Shown here: positions 8,510 to 18,718 of the stretch, piece after piece
How the letters are laid out: each line of letters begins with the position of its first letter
Numbering within the stretch: position 1 is the stretch's first letter
Assembly (NCBI GenBank): GCA_902589505.1
Contig: CACITE010000002.1
Coordinates: 35,740-99,739 of the forward strand
Origin: an uncultured Pelagibacteraceae bacterium
Lineage (GTDB): Bacteria > Pseudomonadota > Alphaproteobacteria > Pelagibacterales > Pelagibacteraceae
Reading direction: 5' to 3'
DNA: 64,000 nt
The notes under the pieces: model-generated
Database searches by the model: none
The model's input: only the letters and a program-made list of their open reading frames with translations
What the model was told of the DNA's origin: nothing
Made by a program: the position numbers and the translations under genes

Positions 8510-11377
8510 ATGATTAACGACACATCAAAAGAATTTATCAGAAGACATATTGGTCCATCAGAAGAGGATATAAAAGAAATGTTAAAATTGGTAGGGGCCG
8601 ATTCTTTGGATGATTTAATGAAAAAGACTGTGCCAGAAAATATTTTATTAAAAGATAAACTTAAAATTGGTGATCCAACTTCTGAACATGAATCGTTAAA
8701 ACAATTAAAAACAATCGGAGAAAAAAATAAGGTTTATACAAATTATATTGGAATGGGATATTCGAACACTTATATGCCAAATGTTATCGTAAGAAATATA
8801 TATTGTAATCCAGGTTGGTATACTGCTTATACACCTTATCAACCCGAGGTAGCTCAAGGAAGATTAGAAATGTTACTAAATTATCAGCAAATGATTTTAG
8901 ATTTTACCGGTATGGATATAGCCAATGCATCTTTGTTAGATGAGGCTACAGCAGCGGCGGAAGCAATTGGGTTGAGCAGAAGAGTAGATAAAAATAATTT
9001 AAATAAAATTTTTGTTTCAAGTGATTGTAACCCTCAAACAATTGACGTAATTAAAACAAGAACAGAAGTATTTGGATTACAATTAATAATTGGTGACCAA
9101 GAAAAAGATTTAAAAAATATAAAAGATGATATTATTTGTGGAATTCTTGCATATCCAGGGACTTTGGGTGATATCAGAGATCCCAGCGAAGCAATCAGTT
9201 TAATTCATAAAAAAAAAGGTAAGGTAATTTTAATTACTGATTTGTTGGCTTTAACAAAACTAAAAACACCTGCGGAACTCGGAGCTGATATTGCCGTTGG
9301 AAATTCGCAAAGATTTGGAATTCCAATGGGATATGGGGGACCGCATGCAGCATTTTTTGCAACAAAAGATGAATATAAAAGAGCAATGCCAGGAAGAATT
9401 ATTGGTGTTTCAGTTGATCGACTAGGAAAAAAAGCATTACGTATGGCGCTACAAACTAGAGAGCAACACATAAGAAGAGAAAAGGCCACTAGCAATATAT
9501 GTACTGCTCAAGCTTTACTTGCCATTATTTCGGCGGCATATGCAATTTATCATGGTCCCAAAGGAATTAATGAGATAGCGGAAAGAATATCTAAATTAGC
9601 AAAAAGTTTTGCAGATAAAATAAAGAAGTCAGGCTATGAGCTTTATTCAGATAATTTTTTCGACACGGTTACCATTCTTACAAAAAATAAAACACAAAAT
9701 ATTTTTAAAAATGCATTAAGAAACGGAGTTAATTTAAGAATGGTTGGTGATAACATGATATCTGTTGCCTTTGATGAAAGAAAATCAATAGAAAAAACTA
9801 ATATGCTTTTGAAAATTTTCAATAGCGCAGAGTCAATTAACGAAACCGGTAAAGTTACACTAAGCAACATACCAAAAAATTTAACGAGAACTTCAAAATA
9901 TCTTACGCATCCTGTTTTTAATTCTTATCATTCAGAAACAGAGATGCTTCGTTACTTAAAAAAATTGGAAGATTCAGATATTGCTCTAAACAGGTCAATG
10001 ATTTCTTTGGGATCATGTACAATGAAATTAAATGCTGTTTCTGAAATGATCCCAGTTACTTGGGGAGAATTTTATGAGCCTCACCCATTTGCTCCAGTTG
10101 AACAAATGGAAGGATACAGAAATTTATTTACAGATTTAAAGAATTGGTTAAGAGAAATTACTGGATTTTCAGGGGTTTCTTTACAACCAAATGCCGGTGC
10201 TCAAGGTGAATATGCGGGATTGATGGTAATTAGAAAATATCATCTGGAAAACGGAGATAAAGATAGAAATGTTTGCCTGATTCCAAGCTCAGCTCACGGC
10301 ACCAATCCAGCCAGCGCACAAATGGCTGGAATGAAAGTTGTGGTAATTAACTGTGATAAAAATGGAAATGTTGATCTAGAAGATTTAAAAATAAAAGCAA
10401 AAAAATATTCAAAAAATTTATCTGCTTTAATGGTTACTTATCCATCTACCCACGGAGTTTTTGAAGAAAAAATAAAAGAAATTTGTAGCGTTGTACATGA
10501 TAATGGAGGGCAGGTTTATATGGATGGGGCTAATCTCAATGCATTAGTTGGAATAGCTAAACCAGGTAAATTTGGTCCTGACGTTTGTCATATTAATTTG
10601 CATAAGACATTTTGCATTCCTCATGGCGGAGGAGGCCCTGGTATGGGCCCAATTGCATGTAAAAAACATTTGGATCCTTATTTACCAAAACACGAAGTTA
10701 TTAAAGACTGCGGACCAACAACAGGTATTGGAGCAGTTTCTTCTGCTCCCTGGGGAAGCGCAAGCATACTAGTAATTTCTTGGATGTATATAAAAATGAT
10801 GGGAGCAGAAGGTTTAAAAAAAGCATCCCAAGTAGCCATATTAAATGCAAATTACATTGCAAAAAAATTAAACAAATATTTTCCTGTACTTTATACAGGA
10901 AAAAATGGAAATGTGGCTCACGAATGTATTATTGATATTCGTCCTATTAAAGCTGAAACAGGTATTACTGAGGAAGATATAGCAAAGAGGCTAATTGATT
11001 TTGGTTTTCATGCACCAACAATGTCTTGGCCAGTACCAGGAACAATTATGATTGAACCTACTGAAAGTGAAAGTCTTTTTGAAATTAATCGTTTTTGCGA
11101 AACATTGATTAAAATAAGAAAAGAAATTAATAAAGTTGAAAGTGGAAAATTTGATAAGAATGATAATCCTTTAAAAAATGCACCACACACTCATACCGAG
11201 CTTGCTGCTAATGAATGGAAACATAAATATGATAGAGAAAGCGCAGCGTACCCATCAGCGGCTTTAAAATCTTATAAGTATTGGCCTCCAGTTGCTAGAG
11301 TAGATAACGTTTACGGTGACAAAAATCTTTTTTGTTCTTGTCCATCGATGGACGAATATAAAGAGTCAGCAGCATAA
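8510..11377 (+). CDS. gcvP: glycine dehydrogenase (decarboxylating), single-chain P protein
   Basis: About 955 aa, with FIRRHIGP N-terminus, YTPYQPE and PLP-lysine region NLHKTFCIPHGGGGPG. ATG at 8510 lies 1 nt after the gcvH stop. Confidence 0.95.
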   Translation: MINDTSKEFIRRHIGPSEEDIKEMLKLVGADSLDDLMKKTVPENILLKDKLKIGDPTSEHESLKQLKTIGEKNKVYTNYIGMGYSNTYMPNVIVRNIYCNPGWYTAYTPYQPEVAQGRLEMLLNYQQMILDFTGMDIANASLLDEATAAAEAIGLSRRVDKNNLNKIFVSSDCNPQTIDVIKTRTEVFGLQLIIGDQEKDLKNIKDDIICGILAYPGTLGDIRDPSEAISLIHKKKGKVILITDLLALTKLKTPAELGADIAVGNSQRFGIPMGYGGPHAAFFATKDEYKRAMPGRIIGVSVDRLGKKALRMALQTREQHIRREKATSNICTAQALLAIISAAYAIYHGPKGINEIAERISKLAKSFADKIKKSGYELYSDNFFDTVTILTKNKTQNIFKNALRNGVNLRMVGDNMISVAFDERKSIEKTNMLLKIFNSAESINETGKVTLSNIPKNLTRTSKYLTHPVFNSYHSETEMLRYLKKLEDSDIALNRSMISLGSCTMKLNAVSEMIPVTWGEFYEPHPFAPVEQMEGYRNLFTDLKNWLREITGFSGVSLQPNAGAQGEYAGLMVIRKYHLENGDKDRNVCLIPSSAHGTNPASAQMAGMKVVVINCDKNGNVDLEDLKIKAKKYSKNLSALMVTYPSTHGVFEEKIKEICSVVHDNGGQVYMDGANLNALVGIAKPGKFGPDVCHINLHKTFCIPHGGGGPGMGPIACKKHLDPYLPKHEVIKDCGPTTGIGAVSSAPWGSASILVISWMYIKMMGAEGLKKASQVAILNANYIAKKLNKYFPVLYTGKNGNVAHECIIDIRPIKAETGITEEDIAKRLIDFGFHAPTMSWPVPGTIMIEPTESESLFEINRFCETLIKIRKEINKVESGKFDKNDNPLKNAPHTHTELAANEWKHKYDRESAAYPSAALKSYKYWPPVARVDNVYGDKNLFCSCPSMDEYKESAA

Positions 11378-11386
11378 AAAAATTAT

Positions 11387-12628
11387 ATGAAAATTGCTGT
11401 CATAGGTTCAGGCATTTCAGGTCTAAGTGCGGCCCATTTTTTATCTAAAAAACATAAAGTAGACTTATTTGAAAAAAATGATCACTTCGGTGGACATTCG
11501 TATACTGTAGATATTTTTTCAAAGGACTCTAAAGAAACGACTTCATTAGATTTAGGATTTATTGTTTTTAATAAAGTTAACTATCCAAATCTTGTAAATT
11601 TATTTGAGAAGATTCAAGTAAACTACGAAAAAAGTGATATGTCTTTTTCAGTTTCAGTAAAAAATTCAAAAATCGAATATTCTGGTAGTGGTTTAAAAGG
11701 GTTGTTTGCTAATAAATATAATATTTTGAATTTTAGTTTTATAAAAATGATAAAAGAAATATTTTCTTTTTATAAAATGGCAGAAAATATTAACAAAGAA
11801 GATTTTATGCATCAAACATTAGGTGAGTTTCTAAAATCTAAAAAAATGTCAGATTATTTTATTAGGTTTCATATTATTCCTATGGTGTCGGCTATATGGT
11901 CTACATCTACAGATTTAGCTTATGAAATGCCAATGTCATTATTTATAAATTTTTTTCAAAATCATGGCCTTTTCAAAATTAAAAATAGACCACAATGGTA
12001 TACTGTAAAAGGAAGAAGCAAAATTTATGTTAAAAAAATTTTAGAAACCATTAATGGTGAATATTTTAAAAATTATGCTATTAAAAATGTTTTAAGAAAT
12101 AAAAATGGGATTAAACTTTATTATGGTGCATCAAATGAATATTTTGAATATGATAAAGTGGTCTTTGCTGTGCATGCTGACGAAATATTAAAATTAATTA
12201 AAGATCCCACAGAAAATGAAAAAAAAATATTACAAAATTTTCATTATAAGAAGAATATTGCATATCTTCATAACGATGATCGATTAATGCCAGAAAGGAG
12301 AAATGTTTGGTCTAGTTGGAATTCGATATTGGATAAAAATGATAAAAAAAAAAATTGCGTTACATATTGGCTAAATAAATTACAAAATCTAAAAACGAAA
12401 AAGAATTATTTTCTAACGTTAAATCCATTTATTTCTATAAATGGTAATAATATTATAAAAAAAGTTGAATTCACTCATCCTTATTATGAAATGAAAACAA
12501 TCAATGCCCAAAAATATCTTTCGGAACTTCAAGGTGTTAATAATAGCTATTTTTGTGGAAGTTATTTTGGTTATGGGTTTCATGAGGATGGTTTAAATTC
12601 AGGTATAGAAATTGCAAATAGATTATGA
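11387..12628 (+). CDS. NAD/FAD-binding oxidoreductase (amine-oxidase / desaturase-like)
   Basis: N-terminal dinucleotide fold IAVIGSGISGLSAA...FE...GGH. Starts 9 nt after the gcvP stop. Confidence 0.8.
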   Translation: MKIAVIGSGISGLSAAHFLSKKHKVDLFEKNDHFGGHSYTVDIFSKDSKETTSLDLGFIVFNKVNYPNLVNLFEKIQVNYEKSDMSFSVSVKNSKIEYSGSGLKGLFANKYNILNFSFIKMIKEIFSFYKMAENINKEDFMHQTLGEFLKSKKMSDYFIRFHIIPMVSAIWSTSTDLAYEMPMSLFINFFQNHGLFKIKNRPQWYTVKGRSKIYVKKILETINGEYFKNYAIKNVLRNKNGIKLYYGASNEYFEYDKVVFAVHADEILKLIKDPTENEKKILQNFHYKKNIAYLHNDDRLMPERRNVWSSWNSILDKNDKKKNCVTYWLNKLQNLKTKKNYFLTLNPFISINGNNIIKKVEFTHPYYEMKTINAQKYLSELQGVNNSYFCGSYFGYGFHEDGLNSGIEIANRL

Positions 12629-13395
12629 GCCTATTTAATTCATGCATATATTCGGGTTTTGTTACCCATAGAAGATTTAAACCTAAAAGACATTTTTTTT
12701 CCTACAAAACTTTTTCTTTGTTTATTGATTTAAATGAGATTGAAAACTTAGGTAAAAAAATAAATTTTTTTTCATATAACAGATTTAATATTTTAAGTTT
12801 CTATGATGTTGATCACGGGCCCAGAGATGGAAGCACCTTGATTGCGTGGGTAAAGAGTAGACTGGCTGATGCTAAAATAAATATTGGATCAGGAACTATT
12901 AAGTTACTTTGTTATCCGCGATTTTTTGGATACGTGTTCAACCCTTTAAGTATTTTTTATTGTTATGATGATAATTTAAAATTAAAGGCAATTCTTTATG
13001 AAGTAAAAAATACCTTTAATGAGCAACACACCTATGTATTTTCTGCATCATCATCTTCTAATTTAATTTTACATAAATGTGATAAAAAATTTTATGTTTC
13101 GCCATTTATGGAAATGAAAACTTTTTACAACTTTAGATTGTTAAATCCTGGAAAAATTTTAAATGTTTTTATAAAACAGAAAGACAGCGAAGGCACCTTA
13201 CTCACTGCATGCCAAGTTGGAAAAAGGGTAGAAATGACTAATAAAAATTTGTTATTTCAATTTTTAAAACATCCGCTCATGTCATTCAAAGTTATCCTGG
13301 CGATACATTTTGAAGCATTAAGATTATGGATTAAAGGAGTTAAACTTGTAAAGAGAAAAATAAAAATAAAGAATAATTTATCGATTGAAAATTAA
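12625..13395 (+). CDS. DUF1365-family protein
   Basis: G.V.H.R..P..H.F.Y N-terminus typical of DUF1365. Overlaps the upstream gene by 4 nt. Confidence 0.75.
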   Translation: MSLFNSCIYSGFVTHRRFKPKRHFFSYKTFSLFIDLNEIENLGKKINFFSYNRFNILSFYDVDHGPRDGSTLIAWVKSRLADAKINIGSGTIKLLCYPRFFGYVFNPLSIFYCYDDNLKLKAILYEVKNTFNEQHTYVFSASSSSNLILHKCDKKFYVSPFMEMKTFYNFRLLNPGKILNVFIKQKDSEGTLLTACQVGKRVEMTNKNLLFQFLKHPLMSFKVILAIHFEALRLWIKGVKLVKRKIKIKNNLSIEN

Positions 13396-14582
13396 TGAAA
13401 AAAATATTGAACCATATTTCAGATCTTTTTGTTTTTTGGAATTTAAAAAAAATTTATAATGGGTATCTAAATCTAATAGATTCAAAAGGAAATGAATATT
13501 TTTTTGGAAATAAGGAAAGTCTATTAAAAGCTCATATAAAAATTAACGATCCAAGTTTTTGTTACAAAATTTTGAGAAGGGGAAGTTCCGGATTAGGAGA
13601 AAGCTACATAAATAATGAATTTGAAACAACAAACTTAACCACCTTAATAGAGTTAGCTGCAAAAAATATTACCACAACCTATAAATTTTCTGGATTTTTT
13701 GAGTTTTCATTTTTAAGAAATTTTTTAAATAGAAATATATTTAGTAATACAAAAAAGAGAAGTCAAAAAAATATATCCCTGCATTATGATTTAGGAAATG
13801 ATTTTTTTTCTACTTGGCTAGACAGAACTCACACTTATTCTTGTGGAATATTTAAATCATCTAAAGAAACTTTAGAACAGGCACAAATAAATAAATACAA
13901 TCAGTTAATAAATATGGTTAAGCCACGTAAGGGAGATAGAATTTTAGAAATAGGATGCGGGTGGGGAGGTTTCGCTGAACACCTTGCAAAAAATTATGAT
14001 ATTAAATTAGATTGTATTACTATTTCAAAAAAACAATTTTTATTTACCAAAGAAAGAATTAGAAAAGCAAAACTGGTACACAAAGTAAATGTTAAAATGC
14101 TGGATTATAGAGAATTAAATAATAAATATGACATTATAGTTTCTATTGAAATGATCGAAGCTGTTGGCGAAAAATATTTAAATAAATATTTTAATGTTAT
14201 TAAAGAAAATTTATTTCCAGGAGGAAGAGCGGCCATTCAAGCGATTATTATTAAAGATGAGCTTTACAGCAGATACAGAATGAAAGAAGATTTTATACAA
14301 AAATATATTTTTCCAGGTGGATTTTTGCCTTCTCTAAAACATTTAAGTAAATTATCCGAAAGCTCAGGATTGAAAATTGATAGATATCATTTATATGGAT
14401 CACATTATTCAAACACTTTGCAAAAATGGAGAGAAAGTTTTTTAAATTCTTGGGATTTAATTTCAAGACAAGGTTTTAACTCAAGCTTTAAAAAAATGTG
14501 GGATTTTTATTTTTCTTATTGTGATGCTGGTTTTAAGTCAAAAAATATAGATTTAATCCAGTTTTCTTTATGTAATAAATAA
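13395..14582 (+). CDS. cyclopropane-fatty-acyl-phospholipid synthase-family SAM methyltransferase
   Basis: HYDLGNDFF, ILEIGCGWGG and IFPGG.LPS motifs of the CFA-synthase family. Confidence 0.85.
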   Translation: MKKILNHISDLFVFWNLKKIYNGYLNLIDSKGNEYFFGNKESLLKAHIKINDPSFCYKILRRGSSGLGESYINNEFETTNLTTLIELAAKNITTTYKFSGFFEFSFLRNFLNRNIFSNTKKRSQKNISLHYDLGNDFFSTWLDRTHTYSCGIFKSSKETLEQAQINKYNQLINMVKPRKGDRILEIGCGWGGFAEHLAKNYDIKLDCITISKKQFLFTKERIRKAKLVHKVNVKMLDYRELNNKYDIIVSIEMIEAVGEKYLNKYFNVIKENLFPGGRAAIQAIIIKDELYSRYRMKEDFIQKYIFPGGFLPSLKHLSKLSESSGLKIDRYHLYGSHYSNTLQKWRESFLNSWDLISRQGFNSSFKKMWDFYFSYCDAGFKSKNIDLIQFSLCNK

Positions 14583-14588
14583 TTAAAT

Positions 14589-15116
14589 ATGAAAATTATA
14601 TTTACTTTATTATTTACATTTTTATTAATTAGTTGTTCAGGTAACAATATGAAACCGATAGATTTTAAAGATCAAAAACCAAGATTAATTATAGAAGATT
14701 ATTTATCTGGTGACGTAAGGGCTTGGGGAATTTTACAAAATAGATCTGGCAAAGTAATAAGACAATTTTCTGCTGAATTAAATGGGAGTTGGGATGGAAA
14801 TCAATTAATTTTAAATGAGAAATTTAATTGGTCAGATGGTGAAGTTCAAAAAAGGCAATGGAAAATAAACAAAATTGATGAACATAATTACGAAGGAGTG
14901 GCAGGTGACGTTGTGGGGAAGGCTAAAGGTTATTCGTATGGACCAACTTTTAAATTTGAATATGTTTTATTAGTTCCGGTTAAAGGAAGAGAGATGAAAA
15001 TCACTTTTGATGATTGGATATTTAAGCAGAATGATGAAATTGCAATCAATAGAGCTACAATGACTAAATTTGGAATAAAAGTTGCAGAACTAACTGTGTT
15101 GTTTCAAAAAAATTAA
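14589..15116 (+). CDS. DUF3833-like lipoprotein
   Basis: Lipobox LLISC at the signal-peptide end. The conserved position after a CFA-synthase-like gene matches the DUF3833 pattern. Confidence 0.7.
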   Translation: MKIIFTLLFTFLLISCSGNNMKPIDFKDQKPRLIIEDYLSGDVRAWGILQNRSGKVIRQFSAELNGSWDGNQLILNEKFNWSDGEVQKRQWKINKIDEHNYEGVAGDVVGKAKGYSYGPTFKFEYVLLVPVKGREMKITFDDWIFKQNDEIAINRATMTKFGIKVAELTVLFQKN

Positions 15117-15868
15117 TATTTGATTGTCTTCATTCCCTTTTTTACTAATAAAAAATATAACCAATTAGGCATAATTTTTAATAATTTCATTATCATTGTA
15201 AAAGCTAGCGGGAAATGAATTTCAAATGCATTTTTTTTTGTTAAACCAATAAACATTTTTTCTGCAGCAAACTCAGCAGATTTTATCATCGGCATCGGAA
15301 ACTTATTTTTATCAGTCATAGGAGTTTTTATAAAACCTGGATTTACTACAGAAACTCTTACGTTGTGTCTTTTAAAATCAAAATAAAGACTTTCAGCTAG
15401 ACTTATCAAAGCAGATTTTGATGCACAATAGCCAGAAGCCGCAGGCAAACCTCTATAACCTGCAACTGAAGAAACTATAGAAATGTGACCATTTTTTTTT
15501 TCTCTAAAATAAGTATTTACTGCCATAATGCAATTTAAAGTTCCAAAAAAATTTGTTTCCATGATTTCTCTAATTTTTTCTGAACTTAATTTTTTCTCTG
15601 ATTCAGGATCATGAATTCCAGTACAAAAAATAGAAATATCTATTGTTTTAAATTGTTCTATTATATTTTGAAAAATATTTTTGGTTTCATCTTCATTTTT
15701 AACGTTCAAAGGAAAAGGATGAATATTTGGATTTTGATTATTTAAATCTTTTAGTAAATTTTCTCTTCTAGCTGATGCGGCAACTTGCCATCCTTCCTTT
15801 GCAAATTTTATTGCTAACTCTTTTCCAATACCGCTGCTTGCTCCAGTTATCCATACATTTTTTGACAT
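15113..15868 (-). CDS. short-chain dehydrogenase/reductase (SDR)
   Basis: TGASSGIG cofactor motif and Y..SK active-site motif (YCASKSAL). Confidence 0.85.
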   Translation of the reverse strand: MSKNVWITGASSGIGKELAIKFAKEGWQVAASARRENLLKDLNNQNPNIHPFPLNVKNEDETKNIFQNIIEQFKTIDISIFCTGIHDPESEKKLSSEKIREIMETNFFGTLNCIMAVNTYFREKKNGHISIVSSVAGYRGLPAASGYCASKSALISLAESLYFDFKRHNVRVSVVNPGFIKTPMTDKNKFPMPMIKSAEFAAEKMFIGLTKKNAFEIHFPLAFTMIMKLLKIMPNWLYFLLVKKGMKTIKY

Positions 15869-15942
15869 TGTTTTAACTTAAACACTTTTTATAAAAATGT
15901 AATAGTAAATATGCGACAAGATGTGTGTGGAATTAAAAAAAG

Positions 15943-16680
15943 TTGGATTTATATATAATTTTTGTGAATAAAAAATATCTCATTTTTGGTGCAACTGGTT
16001 CTATTGGCTCAAGCTTAGCAAATCAAATGTATGAAGAAAAACATGATTGTCATCTAATAGGAAGAAATGAAGACGAATTGAAAGAAATTGCAAATAAGCT
16101 AAGTTATTCTTATTCGGTATGCGATGTAATGAAAATTAATTTTGCTGATAAATTATTTAAAAATTTACCTGAAACCGAAATTCTTGGAATTGCTTATTGC
16201 GTTGGTTCAATTGATTTAAAACCTCTAAGAATAACCAGAGCAAAAGATTTTGTTTCTAGCTATATTCTGAACTTAGTAGCAGCCACTGACATTATTAGAA
16301 CATTTCAGGATAATTTAAAAAGAAACAACGGATCAATTGTAATGTTTTCCACCGTAGCTGCAAAAAAAGGATTTTCAAATCACAGCATAATATCCCCCGC
16401 AAAAGCTGCTGTCGAAGGTTTGACAGTAGCTCTTGCAGCTGAGCTTGCCCCACATACCAGAGTTAATTGTATTGCTCCGAGTTTAACAAAATCAAAAATG
16501 TCATCATTTTTATTACAAAATTTAAAAAGCATAGATTCTATATCTAAACAACACCCCCTAAAAAGAATTGGAGAAGGTTTTGATGCAGCTTATTTAGCTA
16601 AATTTTTGCTATCTAAAAATAGCTCATGGATAACTGGACAGATAATCGGCGTTGATGGTGGCAGAGGAACGGTGGCTTAA
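15943..16680 (+). CDS. short-chain dehydrogenase/reductase (SDR)
   Basis: FGATGSIG motif. Start is uncertain (TTG 15943 or GTG 15964). Confidence 0.8.
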   Translation: MDLYIIFVNKKYLIFGATGSIGSSLANQMYEEKHDCHLIGRNEDELKEIANKLSYSYSVCDVMKINFADKLFKNLPETEILGIAYCVGSIDLKPLRITRAKDFVSSYILNLVAATDIIRTFQDNLKRNNGSIVMFSTVAAKKGFSNHSIISPAKAAVEGLTVALAAELAPHTRVNCIAPSLTKSKMSSFLLQNLKSIDSISKQHPLKRIGEGFDAAYLAKFLLSKNSSWITGQIIGVDGGRGTVA

Positions 16681-16686
16681 ATATTT

Positions 16687-17103
16687 ATGTATTCTAAAAA
16701 ACAAATTAGTCTTAAAGCCTGGATAATGCAAAAATGGAGAACTAAGTCAGGAAAAAAATCATCAATAACGGGAGAACGTTACTTACCAGAAAAAGCTATT
16801 AAAGCTCTCTCGTCTTTTGAATATAGACTTACAACAAAAGCTAAACGCAAAGCTATGAAACTAGGTAAACAATTTTCTAAGCAACCTAAGTATATAGCTG
16901 ATAAAGTGAGGAAATACAGAAATGAATGGAAAATAGATAATAAAATTAAGCGTGGAAGTTATACTAAACCAAATTTAAGAAAAAAATTGTTTGTGGAAAT
17001 TAAAGCTAAGAATACTCACGGAACTACAGCTGGCAAATGGTCAGCTAGAAAAGCTCAGTTGTTGGCTAAAAAATATAAAGCTTTGGGAGGAGGGTATTAC
17101 TGA
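16687..17103 (+). CDS. hypothetical highly basic protein (138 aa)
   Basis: K/R-rich with no TM segment and a C-terminal GKWSARKAQLLAKKYKALGGGYY. Its stop overlaps the tspO ATG by 1 nt. Confidence 0.6.
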   Translation: MYSKKQISLKAWIMQKWRTKSGKKSSITGERYLPEKAIKALSSFEYRLTTKAKRKAMKLGKQFSKQPKYIADKVRKYRNEWKIDNKIKRGSYTKPNLRKKLFVEIKAKNTHGTTAGKWSARKAQLLAKKYKALGGGYY

Positions 17104-17573
17104 TGTCATTAACTAAAAAAATTATTTCTTTACTTGTATTTAATATTCTTGCTTTTGGAGCTTCTGCATGGGGTAGTTATGTAACTAATCTATATAAAGA
17201 ACCATGGTATTCTGGGATAATAAAACCTTCTTTTAATCCACCTGACTGGGTTTTCGCTCCTGTTTGGATTGCTTTGTATATTGCAATGTCAATTGCTATC
17301 TGGCTAATTTGGATAAATCCACAAAGAAAAGAAAAAATTATATATATATATTTTATTCACCTGCTTATTAACGGAAGCTGGAGTATATTTTTTTTCGGAC
17401 TTCACCTAATACTTGCATCTTTAATAATAATTGGGATTATCATTTTTTTCGTCATTTGGTTAATGAAATTATATTATCCAATTAACAAGTTTAGTACCTT
17501 TCTGATGGTTCCCTATCTTGCATGGTTAAGTTATGCATTCGTTTTAAATTTCTATATTTTTATACTTAATTAA
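17103..17573 (+). CDS. tspO: TspO/MBR tryptophan-rich sensory protein
   Basis: Five TM helices with PSFNPPDWVFAPVWIALY and Trp-rich loops. Confidence 0.85.
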   Translation: MSLTKKIISLLVFNILAFGASAWGSYVTNLYKEPWYSGIIKPSFNPPDWVFAPVWIALYIAMSIAIWLIWINPQRKEKIIYIYFIHLLINGSWSIFFFGLHLILASLIIIGIIIFFVIWLMKLYYPINKFSTFLMVPYLAWLSYAFVLNFYIFILN

Positions 17574-17606
17574 GTTGTGATATATTTCCCTAAAAAAAGG
17601 GGACTC

Positions 17607-18710
17607 ATGGATGACGTAGTTGTTGTTGGAGGTGGAATTATTGGAGCCGCAACAGCATATTTTTTATCAAAAGAGGGTAGAAAAGTAAGAGTTATTGAAA
17701 GAGATCCTGCTTATAAAAAAGCATCCTTTCCTTTATCTTTAGGCGGTTTTAGAAGGCAATTTTTTCAGAAGGAAAATATTAAACTTGGCAAATTTGCTTT
17801 GGAGTTTATTTCTAACATCTCAAATACACTTAAAACAAAAAACAATCCTAATCCAACAGCCAGTATTGTTCCTAATGGTTATTTATTATTATTTGGACCG
17901 GAACACGCAGAAGAACAATATGAAGCACTAAAAAATCACAAAGCATGTGAGGCGGGCACAAAAAATATTCCTGCTAGCAAACTGAAAGAAGTATTTAGCT
18001 GGATAAACCCCGAAGGATTAGAAACAGCAACTTATACTGATAATAAAATCGAAGGTTGGATTGATCCTCATATGTTTCACAATGCTTTAAAAAACAAAGC
18101 TATTGAACTGGGGGCTAAATTTGAAAAAGGAAATGTTAAAAAAATTAGTGATATTAATGCACAAACTATTGTATCCGCTGCTGGGTGCTGGACCAAAGAG
18201 TTACTCGATGACATTCCTGTTGCTCCACAAAAACATACAGTCTTTAGACTGAAATGTCCCAAACATTATCCTGAAATGCCATTAACAGGCGATCTTCCAT
18301 CAGGAGTTTATTGGAGACCCGAAGGTAAGGAATATCTTGCTGGATCTCCAAATTCTAAATTTGATTGCCCGGATCTAGAACCAGAATGGGATGATTTTGA
18401 AAATCTTGTATGGCCTGCACTAGCAAATAGAGTTCCTGAATTTGAGCAATTAAAATTAACAGGAGGTTGGGCTGGCTATTATGATTGCAACACATTGGAT
18501 AATAATGCCATTGTAGGAAAACACCCAAAATACGAAAATGTATTTTTAGCTACTGGATTTACAGGCAGAGGTTTAATGCAATCGCCAGGAATTGGCAGAG
18601 GTTTAACCGAGTTAATTACTACTGGAAAATATCAAACTATAGATTTATCGTGTTTTAGCATAGATAGAATTTTTGCTAAAAAAAAGAGAACCGAGCCTTA
18701 CGTTTTGTAA
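17607..18710 (+). CDS. FAD-dependent oxidoreductase (DAO family)
   Basis: VVVVGGGIIGAATAYFL...V.VIER dinucleotide fold. ATG at 17607 preferred over the GTG at 17577. Confidence 0.8.
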   Translation: MDDVVVVGGGIIGAATAYFLSKEGRKVRVIERDPAYKKASFPLSLGGFRRQFFQKENIKLGKFALEFISNISNTLKTKNNPNPTASIVPNGYLLLFGPEHAEEQYEALKNHKACEAGTKNIPASKLKEVFSWINPEGLETATYTDNKIEGWIDPHMFHNALKNKAIELGAKFEKGNVKKISDINAQTIVSAAGCWTKELLDDIPVAPQKHTVFRLKCPKHYPEMPLTGDLPSGVYWRPEGKEYLAGSPNSKFDCPDLEPEWDDFENLVWPALANRVPEFEQLKLTGGWAGYYDCNTLDNNAIVGKHPKYENVFLATGFTGRGLMQSPGIGRGLTELITTGKYQTIDLSCFSIDRIFAKKKRTEPYVL

Positions 18711-18718
18711 TTTATATT

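Noticed and set aside
9205-11190. ORFs inside gcvP that are antisense or off-frame (9205-9495, 9643-9870, 10572-10772, 11008-11190)
   Set aside because: They lie wholly within a high-confidence, full-length conserved gene. Their translations are low-complexity with no motifs, so they are chance ORFs.
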